The notes beneath the pieces were generated by a model. That model was not told the origin of the DNA. It did no database searches and saw only the letters and a program-made list of their open reading frames with translations. Source: a virus. Taken from it: a stretch of 64,000 nucleotides of DNA. Made by a program: the position numbers and the translations under genes. Positions 48,183 through 56,202 of the stretch are shown piece after piece; the stretch's first letter is position 1, and each line of letters starts with the position of its first letter. The DNA is taken from IMG/VR virus record IMGVR_UViG_3300031857_000135, positions 2,747-66,746 of that record; one strand, given 5' to 3'.

Positions 48183-49145
48183 CTATGCTATAGCGCCTTT
48201 TGAAAAGTCAATCACAATCGACTTGATTGTGACTTCGTAGTGGTTTGCAAGAGTTTGAGTATTAGTAGTCGCCTCTACAGACACCTGCAGATGATCATTG
48301 GTTTCTGCCACATTTGAAGCAACCATACCTGAGCCGAGTGAGAGCGGGGAGTGCGTAAGCGTATCAAATTTTCTAATAGCGCTCATTGCGGGAGGAGCAC
48401 CCCCGCTTAGCACCTGCAGGCATGTTCCTCGAACTATGATATTTCTATTCGTGGCAAGGCCCCCGCCTGTATTAGCTATATGAATTGTTGCCTGGATGTG
48501 GATCTCACTGTTGTTGGAGTCTGGTCCAGCCAAACTCCCAGAACAGAAGGTTGCTCCGGGTAGCCCACCCGAGGGCTTCAGGTTGAAAGCAATCCCGAAA
48601 TTATCTCCAAGCGCAGGAGTACCAATGCGATTGACAATCGCAGCGATGCTGACATGAACTCTAGTGCCCACAGCCATCGGAATCTGCTGAGCAGTGCCGA
48701 CATTGACCGCCCAGGCTCCCTCGAGGCTGATTGCGGTCAGCTCAGACTCGCTGTGGCTCCCGACCATGACAGAGCCGGTAGTGTCACCGCCTCCGCCCAT
48801 GTCGACCACCAGATCTCCTTCGATCGAGACAGCGCCAGTCAGATCAAGTGTCGGCTCTGCCTCTACGGCTGCGACTGGATCTTCTGCTTCAGTCTCTACG
48901 AACAGCGCGTGCCATCTTCCAGCGCTCGAGTTGTAGGTAGGCTCAATGACTGTCTCATCATCGTCCGTCTCTGAGTTCCCATAGACAAAGGAGAACAGAC
49001 GGTTGATGTCCTTCACGAGGATCAGCTGCCCGTCTTCTGTATCTGTAACGGGAAGCAAGCGGAGCGTTGCAATGTCTGCAACAGGATCCTGGAGTAGATC
49101 TCCAGTCACAATTCCACTTCTACGGCGAAAAATTCTGCGGCTCAT
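48183..49145 (-). CDS. Tail fibre/spike-like virion protein
   Basis: N-terminal PVADIATLR...DDDETVIEP...GRW pattern typical of fibre/spike attachment domains; beta-rich C-terminus. Confidence 0.5.
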   Translation of the reverse strand: MSRRIFRRRSGIVTGDLLQDPVADIATLRLLPVTDTEDGQLILVKDINRLFSFVYGNSETDDDETVIEPTYNSSAGRWHALFVETEAEDPVAAVEAEPTLDLTGAVSIEGDLVVDMGGGGDTTGSVMVGSHSESELTAISLEGAWAVNVGTAQQIPMAVGTRVHVSIAAIVNRIGTPALGDNFGIAFNLKPSGGLPGATFCSGSLAGPDSNNSEIHIQATIHIANTGGGLATNRNIIVRGTCLQVLSGGAPPAMSAIRKFDTLTHSPLSLGSGMVASNVAETNDHLQVSVEATTNTQTLANHYEVTIKSIVIDFSKGAIA

Positions 49146-49510
49146 ACCGGCACCACCAAGCCCACCCAGGCGTCAAGAACGGGAGAAGTTCCCGAGACAG
49201 CTGTGACCTGCAAGTATATCTGGCTTAGCCCCTGAACCTCAATGGTTGCTATATCTGAGGCATTTACATTCATAGCCTCTCCCTGATGCCACATCCCGCT
49301 GATGGGTGAGTACCACCAGACCTGAACTGTAAAGACTGGATCGGTGCCCGCTACCTTGAAGAGCAGGTGAATGAACTCATTTCTCTGCAGCGCGATCCCA
49401 TCTCCGATGGAGGACGGAGCTGCTGTGGTAGCCGTGACTCCCGCTAAGATTCTACGGCTATTTGCGGATGTTCCGGAGATTGCTGACCGGACGACGACCT
49501 TCTTGGACAT
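49142..49510 (-). CDS. Hypothetical beta-sandwich virion protein
   Basis: ATG 49510 with GAGG RBS (ORF track start 49531); coupled to the downstream gene. Confidence 0.6.
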   Translation of the reverse strand: MSKKVVVRSAISGTSANSRRILAGVTATTAAPSSIGDGIALQRNEFIHLLFKVAGTDPVFTVQVWWYSPISGMWHQGEAMNVNASDIATIEVQGLSQIYLQVTAVSGTSPVLDAWVGLVVPV

Positions 49511-49728
49511 GTGAACCTCGTTGAACGGCATGACTATAACACCCAGTCATGGCGTTATACGAGTCCTGCCGATGTGGAAGAACTGGAAATATCACTTCCA
49601 GAGGAAGTGACTTCTTCCAGTTCGAAACCTCAGACTCGCGAGTTTACCCCTGAGATTTGACAAGGAAGCCTTGGGGATCTAAGATAACCCTACATCCACG
49701 TTGGGTGGTTTTTCCAAACGGAGTTTTT

Positions 49729-50031
49729 ATGTCCCTTCGACACAGAACCAACGCCGCTGAGACCGTCCTTCTTCTGTCATCACTTCTGCGTACGCAGGTC
49801 GGAGATGACAACAACCCATCCCCGCTACTGCTTCAGCTTATGAAGCAGGGGAAGTCCCCGGAGGAGATCGAGCTGTCGCAAGACATCGCTCTCCTCGCAG
49901 CAGACATCATGGATGCGCTTGGAGAGGCGTCAGCTAAAAATGAGATGAAGAAGGTAGGCCCGAAGATTCTTGGGCTTCTACTCTTCGCTATTCCAGAGCT
50001 TCAAGAAGATATCGATGCGCTAAAACGCTGA
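49729..50031 (+). CDS. Hypothetical helical protein
   Basis: ATG 49729 with GGAG RBS. Confidence 0.55.
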   Translation: MSLRHRTNAAETVLLLSSLLRTQVGDDNNPSPLLLQLMKQGKSPEEIELSQDIALLAADIMDALGEASAKNEMKKVGPKILGLLLFAIPELQEDIDALKR

Positions 50032-50583
50032 CATTGCGTAGTCAACGGCCCTGCTGGCAAGCGGTCCTTGAGGGTCGAGCGGGTTCATTGTCGGCAATGG
50101 ACTCGCTCCTCCCTCAAAGGTAGCTGCATTAGCTACACGCTTTCTAAGACCCATCTTTTGAAGAAGTGCCTTTGCCGCATCCGCCTTGGCAGTCGTAAGT
50201 GCATAGGCAGGACCCATTACCTGAGCCCCTTCATTCATACTTTGAATCGTCGGGGCGGCTCCGGCTGCCATCTCTTGCAGCCTTCCGCCAGCCCGGCCAA
50301 GTGCCTGCATCGTCCGATTCGGGCTCTGCATGGCCTTCAACGCACTACCAGGCGTTAGTACTGCCTCCTTTTCCATCTCATCCCGGAAGAAATACAGAAC
50401 TTCCGGGCTTAGGATCGAGGCTGTCTTTCGCATCTGGGCCTTAGCCTTCGTAATCTTACCATTCTTGGTACGAATTTTTTCTGTTAAAGAGACACCATCG
50501 ACCCGAGCTTCACGATCTAACGATCCGCGGGTCTTTCCATTTACAGAGGACATTGACGAGGAGATAGACTCAGAGCGGTACAT
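50020..50583 (-). CDS. Putative head-internal protein with KTAS and FFRDEMEKEA motifs
   Basis: Motif shared with the ORFs at 26897 and 40270. Confidence 0.65.
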   Translation of the reverse strand: MYRSESISSSMSSVNGKTRGSLDREARVDGVSLTEKIRTKNGKITKAKAQMRKTASILSPEVLYFFRDEMEKEAVLTPGSALKAMQSPNRTMQALGRAGGRLQEMAAGAAPTIQSMNEGAQVMGPAYALTTAKADAAKALLQKMGLRKRVANAATFEGGASPLPTMNPLDPQGPLASRAVDYAMSAF

Positions 50584-50596
50584 GAAAAGCTCCAGC

Positions 50597-50618
50597 TAAA
50601 GAAGGGCCCGAAGGCCCG
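50597..50618 (-). terminator. Terminator with cUUCGg loop after the topoisomerase gene
   Basis: GGGCC-TTCG-GGCCC-TTCTTT on the - strand. Confidence 0.75.
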
Positions 50619-50622
50619 GTAT

Positions 50623-52512
50623 CTACACACTAACAGAAACTTGTGTGTCCTGCAGCATGTCCATAAGGAGGTTAAAGCGGATCTCCGCACTCTTACCCAT
50701 CAATCCACTAATGGTGTCTTCTGTAATATCCACATCCTCCGCTGCAATCTGCACCCGTTCCAGCCCACGAGTCTTAGGATCCATTGCAGTTTGCCACAGC
50801 ATGGCAGGTGGCATCTCTCCCAGACCCTTGAATCGAGTGACCTCTGGATTCGACTTCGGGTACTTCTCGAGCAGTGCGTTCAGCGCCTTGTCATCCTTTA
50901 CCCAGAAGGACTTCTTCCCGATATCTACGCGGAACAGCGGGGGAACTGCCAAGTAGATCCGCCCATCCATGATCAGCTCCGGTAGGAAGCGGAAGAAGAA
51001 CGTGAGGGCAAGAACCGCGATGTGGTCGCCATCGCTATCGGCGTCCATCAGGAGGATGACCTTTCCATACCGCAATTTTCGGAGATCAAATGTCTGACCA
51101 ATCCCGCATCCCAGCGCCTCTACGATGTTTCGAAGCTCTTCGTTCTGAAGTGCCTTCGCCAGCGTGATGCTCGCTGAGTTGAGGATCTTGCCTCGAAGCG
51201 GAAGGATCGCCTGAGTCTCCCGGTCACGCGCCTGCTTGGCAGAGCCTCCGGCACTATCCCCTTCCACAAGGAACAGCTCCGTGGCCTCCCTGCTGTTGGA
51301 GCTGCAGTCTGCCAGCTTGCCCGGTAGGCGCAGCCGACTGACTGGAGTTGCCCGTGTCACTGCATCACTTGCTGCGCGAGCTGCGGCTCGAGCCTGTGCG
51401 GCTCGCACGATTCTCTTTGCCAGCGCAGTGCTCTGGCTGGGGTTCTTCCTAAGCCAGTCCCTAACTGGACCCTTCAATGCAGCTTCAACACTCCTCGTAA
51501 CCTCTGGATTATTCAGCCTGTCCTTGGTCTGGCCCTGAAACTGCGGGTTTTCCACGAAGACGCTGATAAGAGTAATCAGTCCTTCGCGAATATCTGCGGG
51601 CGTGATCTTTAGCCTCTTCGGAACTGCTTCGTGATCCTCGAGGAAGTCCTTGACCGCTGAGATGATCGCCGAATCCGTACCCTTCTCGTGTGTTCCGCCA
51701 TCTCGTGTGGGAATCGCATTGGCGAAGGACTTGGTGACCGTAGTAGTCCCCTCCGTCCACATCAGCGCCACTTGGACTCGAGGTTCGTCACTGATCAGAA
51801 CGAATGGGAAGTCCGTTATTGGCCTATCGCCATTCTGGATTATCTCGGCCAGATAATCAGCAAGACCCCCATTGAATTTGTAAACCTCTTCCCCATCTTC
51901 CGAAGTGAAGGTGAACTGCACTCCTGGGTTGAGGTAGGCGCGAACCTTCAGTCGCTCTCTCACTATGTCGGGCTTGAATCTAAATCCATCCCCGAAAATA
52001 TCAGGATCAGGGCGGAAGCTGACGGTCGTACCTCGAGTCCCCTTAGAGGGTGACAGCGCAAGCTTGCCAACAGGGGAACCGCGAGAGAACTCCCGCACGG
52101 CCTCCTTTCCATCACGGCGGGAGGTGACACACAGGAACTCGGACAGTGCGTTGACCACGCTACTCCCGACTCCGTGCAGGCCTCCCGCGTTCTTGTAAGC
52201 GCCGTCTCCGAACTTCCCACCAGCATGAAGGGTGGTGAAGATCACATCAAGTGCAGAGGTCTTTGTCTTTGGGTGGATATCGAAGGGGATCCCTCTTCCA
52301 TCATCGATGACCTCAGCAAAGTCCTCTTCGATCGATACCGAGATGTTCCTTGCGTGGCCGTTAATGGCTTCATCTACACTGTTGTCGACGATTTCCCACA
52401 GCAGATGATGGAAGCCCGCCTCGTCAGTTCCTCCAATGTACATTGCTGCTCGGCAACGCACGTTCTCAGGAAACTCAAGGATTGAAATTGATTCTGCGTT
52501 GTAATCAGCCAT
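50623..52512 (-). CDS. gyrB: Type IIA topoisomerase subunit B (GyrB/ParE family)
   Basis: EIVDNSVDE, DDGRGIP, LHAGGKF, GGLHGVG, EGDSAGG, PLRGK, DADSDG, RFKGLGEM; likely start MADYNAESI at 52512; GyrB versus ParE not resolved. Confidence 0.9.
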   Translation of the reverse strand: MADYNAESISILEFPENVRCRAAMYIGGTDEAGFHHLLWEIVDNSVDEAINGHARNISVSIEEDFAEVIDDGRGIPFDIHPKTKTSALDVIFTTLHAGGKFGDGAYKNAGGLHGVGSSVVNALSEFLCVTSRRDGKEAVREFSRGSPVGKLALSPSKGTRGTTVSFRPDPDIFGDGFRFKPDIVRERLKVRAYLNPGVQFTFTSEDGEEVYKFNGGLADYLAEIIQNGDRPITDFPFVLISDEPRVQVALMWTEGTTTVTKSFANAIPTRDGGTHEKGTDSAIISAVKDFLEDHEAVPKRLKITPADIREGLITLISVFVENPQFQGQTKDRLNNPEVTRSVEAALKGPVRDWLRKNPSQSTALAKRIVRAAQARAAARAASDAVTRATPVSRLRLPGKLADCSSNSREATELFLVEGDSAGGSAKQARDRETQAILPLRGKILNSASITLAKALQNEELRNIVEALGCGIGQTFDLRKLRYGKVILLMDADSDGDHIAVLALTFFFRFLPELIMDGRIYLAVPPLFRVDIGKKSFWVKDDKALNALLEKYPKSNPEVTRFKGLGEMPPAMLWQTAMDPKTRGLERVQIAAEDVDITEDTISGLMGKSAEIRFNLLMDMLQDTQVSVSV

Positions 52513-53047
52513 CGACAAACTCGTTGTAGAGGTGCTTCCATCGCTCTCTTCGAAGAATTCGATGAATCTGTCTCGGTTGTACGCCAAATCGGACAGCCAA
52601 CACCCGCGCAGGTACCGAGTCCCCTTGAGACAGGATCTCGCGAACCTGCTCAGCCGTGAGTTTAGAGTTTGGAACCCGTTCCCCTCGAGCGTGGCGATCC
52701 TTCTTTCGCATATCGGCCAAGTTCTCAGCCTGAGTCCCGACTGACAGATGAGCTGGATTGCAGCACGCGGGATTATCACACGAGTGCATGATTACTCCGT
52801 CGCTCGGAGCGGTCAGTCCACAAGCATGGGCCGCCGCTACTTGATGCGCGTAAAATACCTGGCTGCGGTCAGCGCCTCTAACCCAAAGAGAGAAAGAGCC
52901 ATAACCATTTCGCTTATTTGTGTGTCCGATATACACCTGGCAGCCATCTTTTTCTTCCAGAGATGAAGCCACCTTAGATAGAGCTCGACCCCACAAAGTA
53001 GGGTCGAGCTCTAGTGACTCCAGCATTCTTTTACTTGCCATCTTCAC
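52505..53047 (-). CDS. Free-standing HNH homing endonuclease with C-terminal HTH
   Basis: IMHSCDNPACCNPAHLSVGTQAEN; SKLTAEQVREI...LAVRFGV. Confidence 0.85.
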   Translation of the reverse strand: MKMASKRMLESLELDPTLWGRALSKVASSLEEKDGCQVYIGHTNKRNGYGSFSLWVRGADRSQVFYAHQVAAAHACGLTAPSDGVIMHSCDNPACCNPAHLSVGTQAENLADMRKKDRHARGERVPNSKLTAEQVREILSQGDSVPARVLAVRFGVQPRQIHRILRRERWKHLYNEFVDG

Positions 53048-54029
53048 TCTTCTTGTCTTTCTTCGAGAGATGATCTCCTGAAAACATATCCTGCATAATC
53101 ACGGGGTTACAAAGCTGTGTTCGCTCGGGATGTAGAGTTCGTATTTGCTCGAGAAGTCTTGCGTTAGGTTGGTCCGAGAGAATCCGCAATCCTACAATGT
53201 TCGGATGTGAGAGAGTTATCTTGTGAAAAGTCTTAAAGAAACTCGCCTCTGGCGAGTAGTCAGATACCTCCCTCCACCCACGCTCAAATGCGATTTCGGA
53301 CGTTGCATCAAACCAGTTAGAGTCAATATAGTTAAACTTATCCTCGGGACCTTTACCCTTCCAACTCAGAAACACCTGTTCTGAAACCATCGGGTCCGGA
53401 ATATCACCAGTTGGATACGGAGCGAGAATCTCAGCATCAACCCCAGCCTTCATTTTTTTGTAGAACTCAAGCGCATACTTCTCTTCGCACTCTGTTTGCT
53501 TTTTATTGCATTCGTCCGAGAAGATGTCCTGACAATGTTTCCTCATTTGTGTTGCTTTGCATGCATGTCTTCGAAATGAGGCTATGACCTCAACGACCAC
53601 TCCAGAGCAAGTAATTGCATGAGCATCTAGATACCAAGGAGTTGAAGGACACTCCCAGCCACTGGGACCGAAGTACTGGTCCTGTTTACATCCACGCTCA
53701 ATCAACGAGTTTTCAGACTCGTTGAGGCAGTACCCTGCCATGCAATCGTATGTCTTGTCGTCCGATTCTAATTCTTTATCGTTACCGAGTTCTATTACCC
53801 TATAATAAGCCTGTGTATACACTTCTTTTGTGCCCCATCCGACTACCACACCTATCGATAGAACTATAGGTATCAGATCTATATGGGACGGGTTTTTTGA
53901 AAGTGCTGACCGGAGAGACATCATTTTTCCTTTTGTGGTAGAGAGATTGTTGTCGTCATTCACTGGTCCCTCTTGGGCGTTTACGTACCGCTTCCAATCC
54001 CTCCAGAACTGTGATGCTGGAGGCATCAT
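53031..54029 (-). CDS. Hypothetical Cys-rich protein with N-terminal hydrophobic helix
   Basis: LIPIVLSIGVVVGWG; multiple Cys residues. Confidence 0.6.
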   Translation of the reverse strand: MMPPASQFWRDWKRYVNAQEGPVNDDNNLSTTKGKMMSLRSALSKNPSHIDLIPIVLSIGVVVGWGTKEVYTQAYYRVIELGNDKELESDDKTYDCMAGYCLNESENSLIERGCKQDQYFGPSGWECPSTPWYLDAHAITCSGVVVEVIASFRRHACKATQMRKHCQDIFSDECNKKQTECEEKYALEFYKKMKAGVDAEILAPYPTGDIPDPMVSEQVFLSWKGKGPEDKFNYIDSNWFDATSEIAFERGWREVSDYSPEASFFKTFHKITLSHPNIVGLRILSDQPNARLLEQIRTLHPERTQLCNPVIMQDMFSGDHLSKKDKKSEDGK

Positions 54030-54031
54030 AG

Positions 54032-54175
54032 TTAGACATAGTAGATTTCTCCATCTTCCATAAACGCACCCATGAGACCGGACGAGACAGTCTCAACTAC
54101 CGCCTCTATGTAAGCAGCGTCTTCTCCAATATGCGTCAGTTCAACCCGCAGCTCTTCAGGGGTTAGACGCCTCAC
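54032..54175 (-). CDS. Small hypothetical protein (47 aa, not in the ORF track)
   Basis: GTG start overlapping the upstream stop; fills the gap in the - strand operon. Confidence 0.45.
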   Translation of the reverse strand: MRRLTPEELRVELTHIGEDAAYIEAVVETVSSGLMGAFMEDGEIYYV

Positions 54176-54390
54176 GAGACACGCCCATCCTTACCAGGCC
54201 ATCCGATCCCCTTGAAGTTGTAGTCTCCGCGGGAACATGCCTCGGTATCTGCGTCGATTGCCTTCTGAAGATCAGGATGAACTTCTTCTACAGCCATGCA
54301 ATTCCTGCAGATCTCATCCCGATTGAACCAGGACATGCGGTATACGCCCATTGGGCCGCCGCAGCGATCACACTTTAAATGCTTTCCCAT
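54172..54390 (-). CDS. Small Zn-finger protein
   Basis: CDRCGG...MSWFNRDEICRNC. Confidence 0.65.
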   Translation of the reverse strand: MGKHLKCDRCGGPMGVYRMSWFNRDEICRNCMAVEEVHPDLQKAIDADTEACSRGDYNFKGIGWPGKDGRVS

Positions 54391-54701
54391 GGTATTTCAT
54401 TCCTGTCGAGAAGGAGTCGTAGTCTGTCTATTTCCAGTTCGTTCTCATCCACAGTAGCTTTCATATCTTTTGCCTTCTTCGCAGCCTCCTGGATATTGTC
54501 TACTTCCAGTTCCTCTAGGATGTAGTGGAAGTTATCTACATCACTTTCGTATTGTTCAAACTCTTGGCAGAGTTTCATAAGTTCCGTTGTTGGCAGATCT
54601 TGAGTCTCTGCCCACCACAGAAGAGCATTCAGAAGCTGGGTAGCCCTGTCTGCCCGTAGTGTTCTTATGGCCTCTTCCAGCGCTTTTTCAAAATCCATCA
54701 C
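54375..54701 (-). CDS. Hypothetical coiled-coil protein
   Basis: Coupled ORF. Confidence 0.6.
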   Translation of the reverse strand: MMDFEKALEEAIRTLRADRATQLLNALLWWAETQDLPTTELMKLCQEFEQYESDVDNFHYILEELEVDNIQEAAKKAKDMKATVDENELEIDRLRLLLDRNEIPWESI

Positions 54702-55255
54702 GAACTCCGCGGCTCTAACGGCATTAGTTGAAGCGTGACCTCCATGGGAGGCGACGCATCTTCCAATCTAACATGGAAGCATATGGGTGAGCGCGGGGCT
54801 TCGTGCGTAATGCTGACTCGAACTTCAGGGTCAAGGTCAAGCGCGGATAGAATCTCTGCAGCCATGAGCAACGAGCTCGGGCTTACACAACTATCCTCGA
54901 TCGTCAGTATTCCGATTGGGGGCTCTCGTACTGCATTAGCCTTATTCAACACTTCTTGAATATCGGGCCAGTTTGCCGGCATCACTGAGAGTTTGATATC
55001 TTTTGTGGCAATTTTCCCATCGATGAGCTTCTTAATATCTTCGTAGCTGATATGCCCATCTAGAGATTTCTTCTCTAGTTTCTTATCATCATAGATGATC
55101 TGTAAGGATGCAAAACGATTAGCGGCCTCAATATAAACTACGGTATCTCCCTCATCTGTTGCAAGCCTAAGTCCTGGGTGCAAGTTCACGGTCTGTTTGG
55201 GAAGGATGTGACTTTGTAGCCTATACACAGCTTTAGCGATTGCTTTAGGGATCAT
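54698..55255 (-). CDS. Hypothetical protein with weak resemblance to a sliding-clamp (DnaN) fragment
   Basis: ATG 55255 with AAGGAGG RBS; IEAANRF, NWPDIQEVL and terminal LMPL. Confidence 0.5.
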   Translation of the reverse strand: MIPKAIAKAVYRLQSHILPKQTVNLHPGLRLATDEGDTVVYIEAANRFASLQIIYDDKKLEKKSLDGHISYEDIKKLIDGKIATKDIKLSVMPANWPDIQEVLNKANAVREPPIGILTIEDSCVSPSSLLMAAEILSALDLDPEVRVSITHEAPRSPICFHVRLEDASPPMEVTLQLMPLEPRSS

Positions 55256-55278
55256 AATGCCTCCTTGGGCTATGGTTC

Positions 55279-55305
55279 TTATTGCTGTATTTGTGGAATC
55301 TTTCA
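55279..55305 (-). promoter_or_regulatory. Putative phage promoter (GAAAGA...GCAATAA)
   Basis: Variant of the GYMATAA motif 30 nt upstream of ATG 55255. Confidence 0.4.
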
Positions 55306-55413
55306 CAAACAGCCATCGATCGCTATTCTGGGAGAATGGACGCTGATCACTCTTCGAAGTAGGCTTCTCGTGTCCCAAAAAGGACCAGCATGGTCCGAAC
55401 TCTGGAGATTGAG

Positions 55414-55710
55414 ATGGACGAGAAGTCACCTGAGACTCCTGTTCTGGTTGAGGCCCCTGCTACGGAGGTTCCTCCTGGTGAGGTTCCTGCTACTGAGCCC
55501 GCGCCTGCGGATCCTATGGAGGCCGTAAAGTCAATTGCCATTGAGGTTCCGCAGGGTGAGGTTCCTCCTGGAGAGCCGACTGCCACTGTTGCAGTCTCTA
55601 CTGAAGATGGATCCCCTCTTTTCGCCGTAGAGTTCTACGCCGGGAGCGCTGCTTTGCTAATCGCCATCATTCTTGCTGGTGTGTTTAAGCTAAAGACTAA
55701 GATTCAGTAA
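55414..55710 (+). CDS. Acidic Pro/Glu-rich protein with C-terminal transmembrane anchor
   Basis: EVPPGE repeats; AALLIAIILAGVF followed by a KLKTK tail. Confidence 0.6.
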   Translation: MDEKSPETPVLVEAPATEVPPGEVPATEPAPADPMEAVKSIAIEVPQGEVPPGEPTATVAVSTEDGSPLFAVEFYAGSAALLIAIILAGVFKLKTKIQ

Positions 55711-55714
55711 TGTC

Positions 55715-55744
55715 AAGGAGGGGCCCCATTAGGGGCCCCTCCTT
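55715..55744. terminator. 13-bp hairpin between convergent genes
   Basis: AAGGAGGGGCCCC-ATTA-GGGGCCCCTCCTT. Confidence 0.75.
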
Positions 55745-55746
55745 CG

Positions 55747-56202
55747 TTACCAGAGGTTCTGCCAGTGGTTCCGATACGGTATAGAAGTCTGAGAGATGCG
55801 CAACATCAGCCGTTGACATGACTGCGTTGCTGGCCTAGCGCGGTGTTCAAACCGCCCTGAGTATTCCCAGACTGTTCCGGGGTGGAGGATCTGACCGCCC
55901 TCTCCCTCAGTAGGCGTACCTCCGAGGGTGAAGAGGCGGTGGATCTCATCTGCTTGTTCTCTTCCGTCGCGATGCCATCTCCCGTGACCGAAGAGTTCAC
56001 CCTCGCACAGATCTCTTCGGTTGTAGGAGACTCGAGGATCGCTAATCCCTTCAGCCATGCGATGTATGAGGTCCATGACTTCGGCTGGCAGATTCTTATC
56101 CGCAAATTGCATGGAGCAGTACTTGATGGCGCCTTTCGGTAAGCCCTCAAGTACTAAGCTCGAGTCAAACAGCCTTCTGGCACTCAACAGCCGTCCGCGC
56201 AT
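55747..56202 (-). CDS. Putative 2OG-Fe(II) dioxygenase-like protein
   Basis: WHRDG (HxD), distal EHRA (H) and RLMLR (R). Confidence 0.5.
   Translation of the reverse strand: MRGRLLSARRLFDSSLVLEGLPKGAIKYCSMQFADKNLPAEVMDLIHRMAEGISDPRVSYNRRDLCEGELFGHGRWHRDGREQADEIHRLFTLGGTPTEGEGGQILHPGTVWEYSGRFEHRARPATQSCQRLMLRISQTSIPYRNHWQNLW

Noticed and set aside
52513-52779. N-terminal extension of the 718-aa GyrB ORF, or HNH as an intron/intein in gyrB
   Set aside because: Recognisable GyrB sequence begins at MADYNAESI (52512); the extension is an alternative frame of the HNH gene, and gyrB itself is uninterrupted
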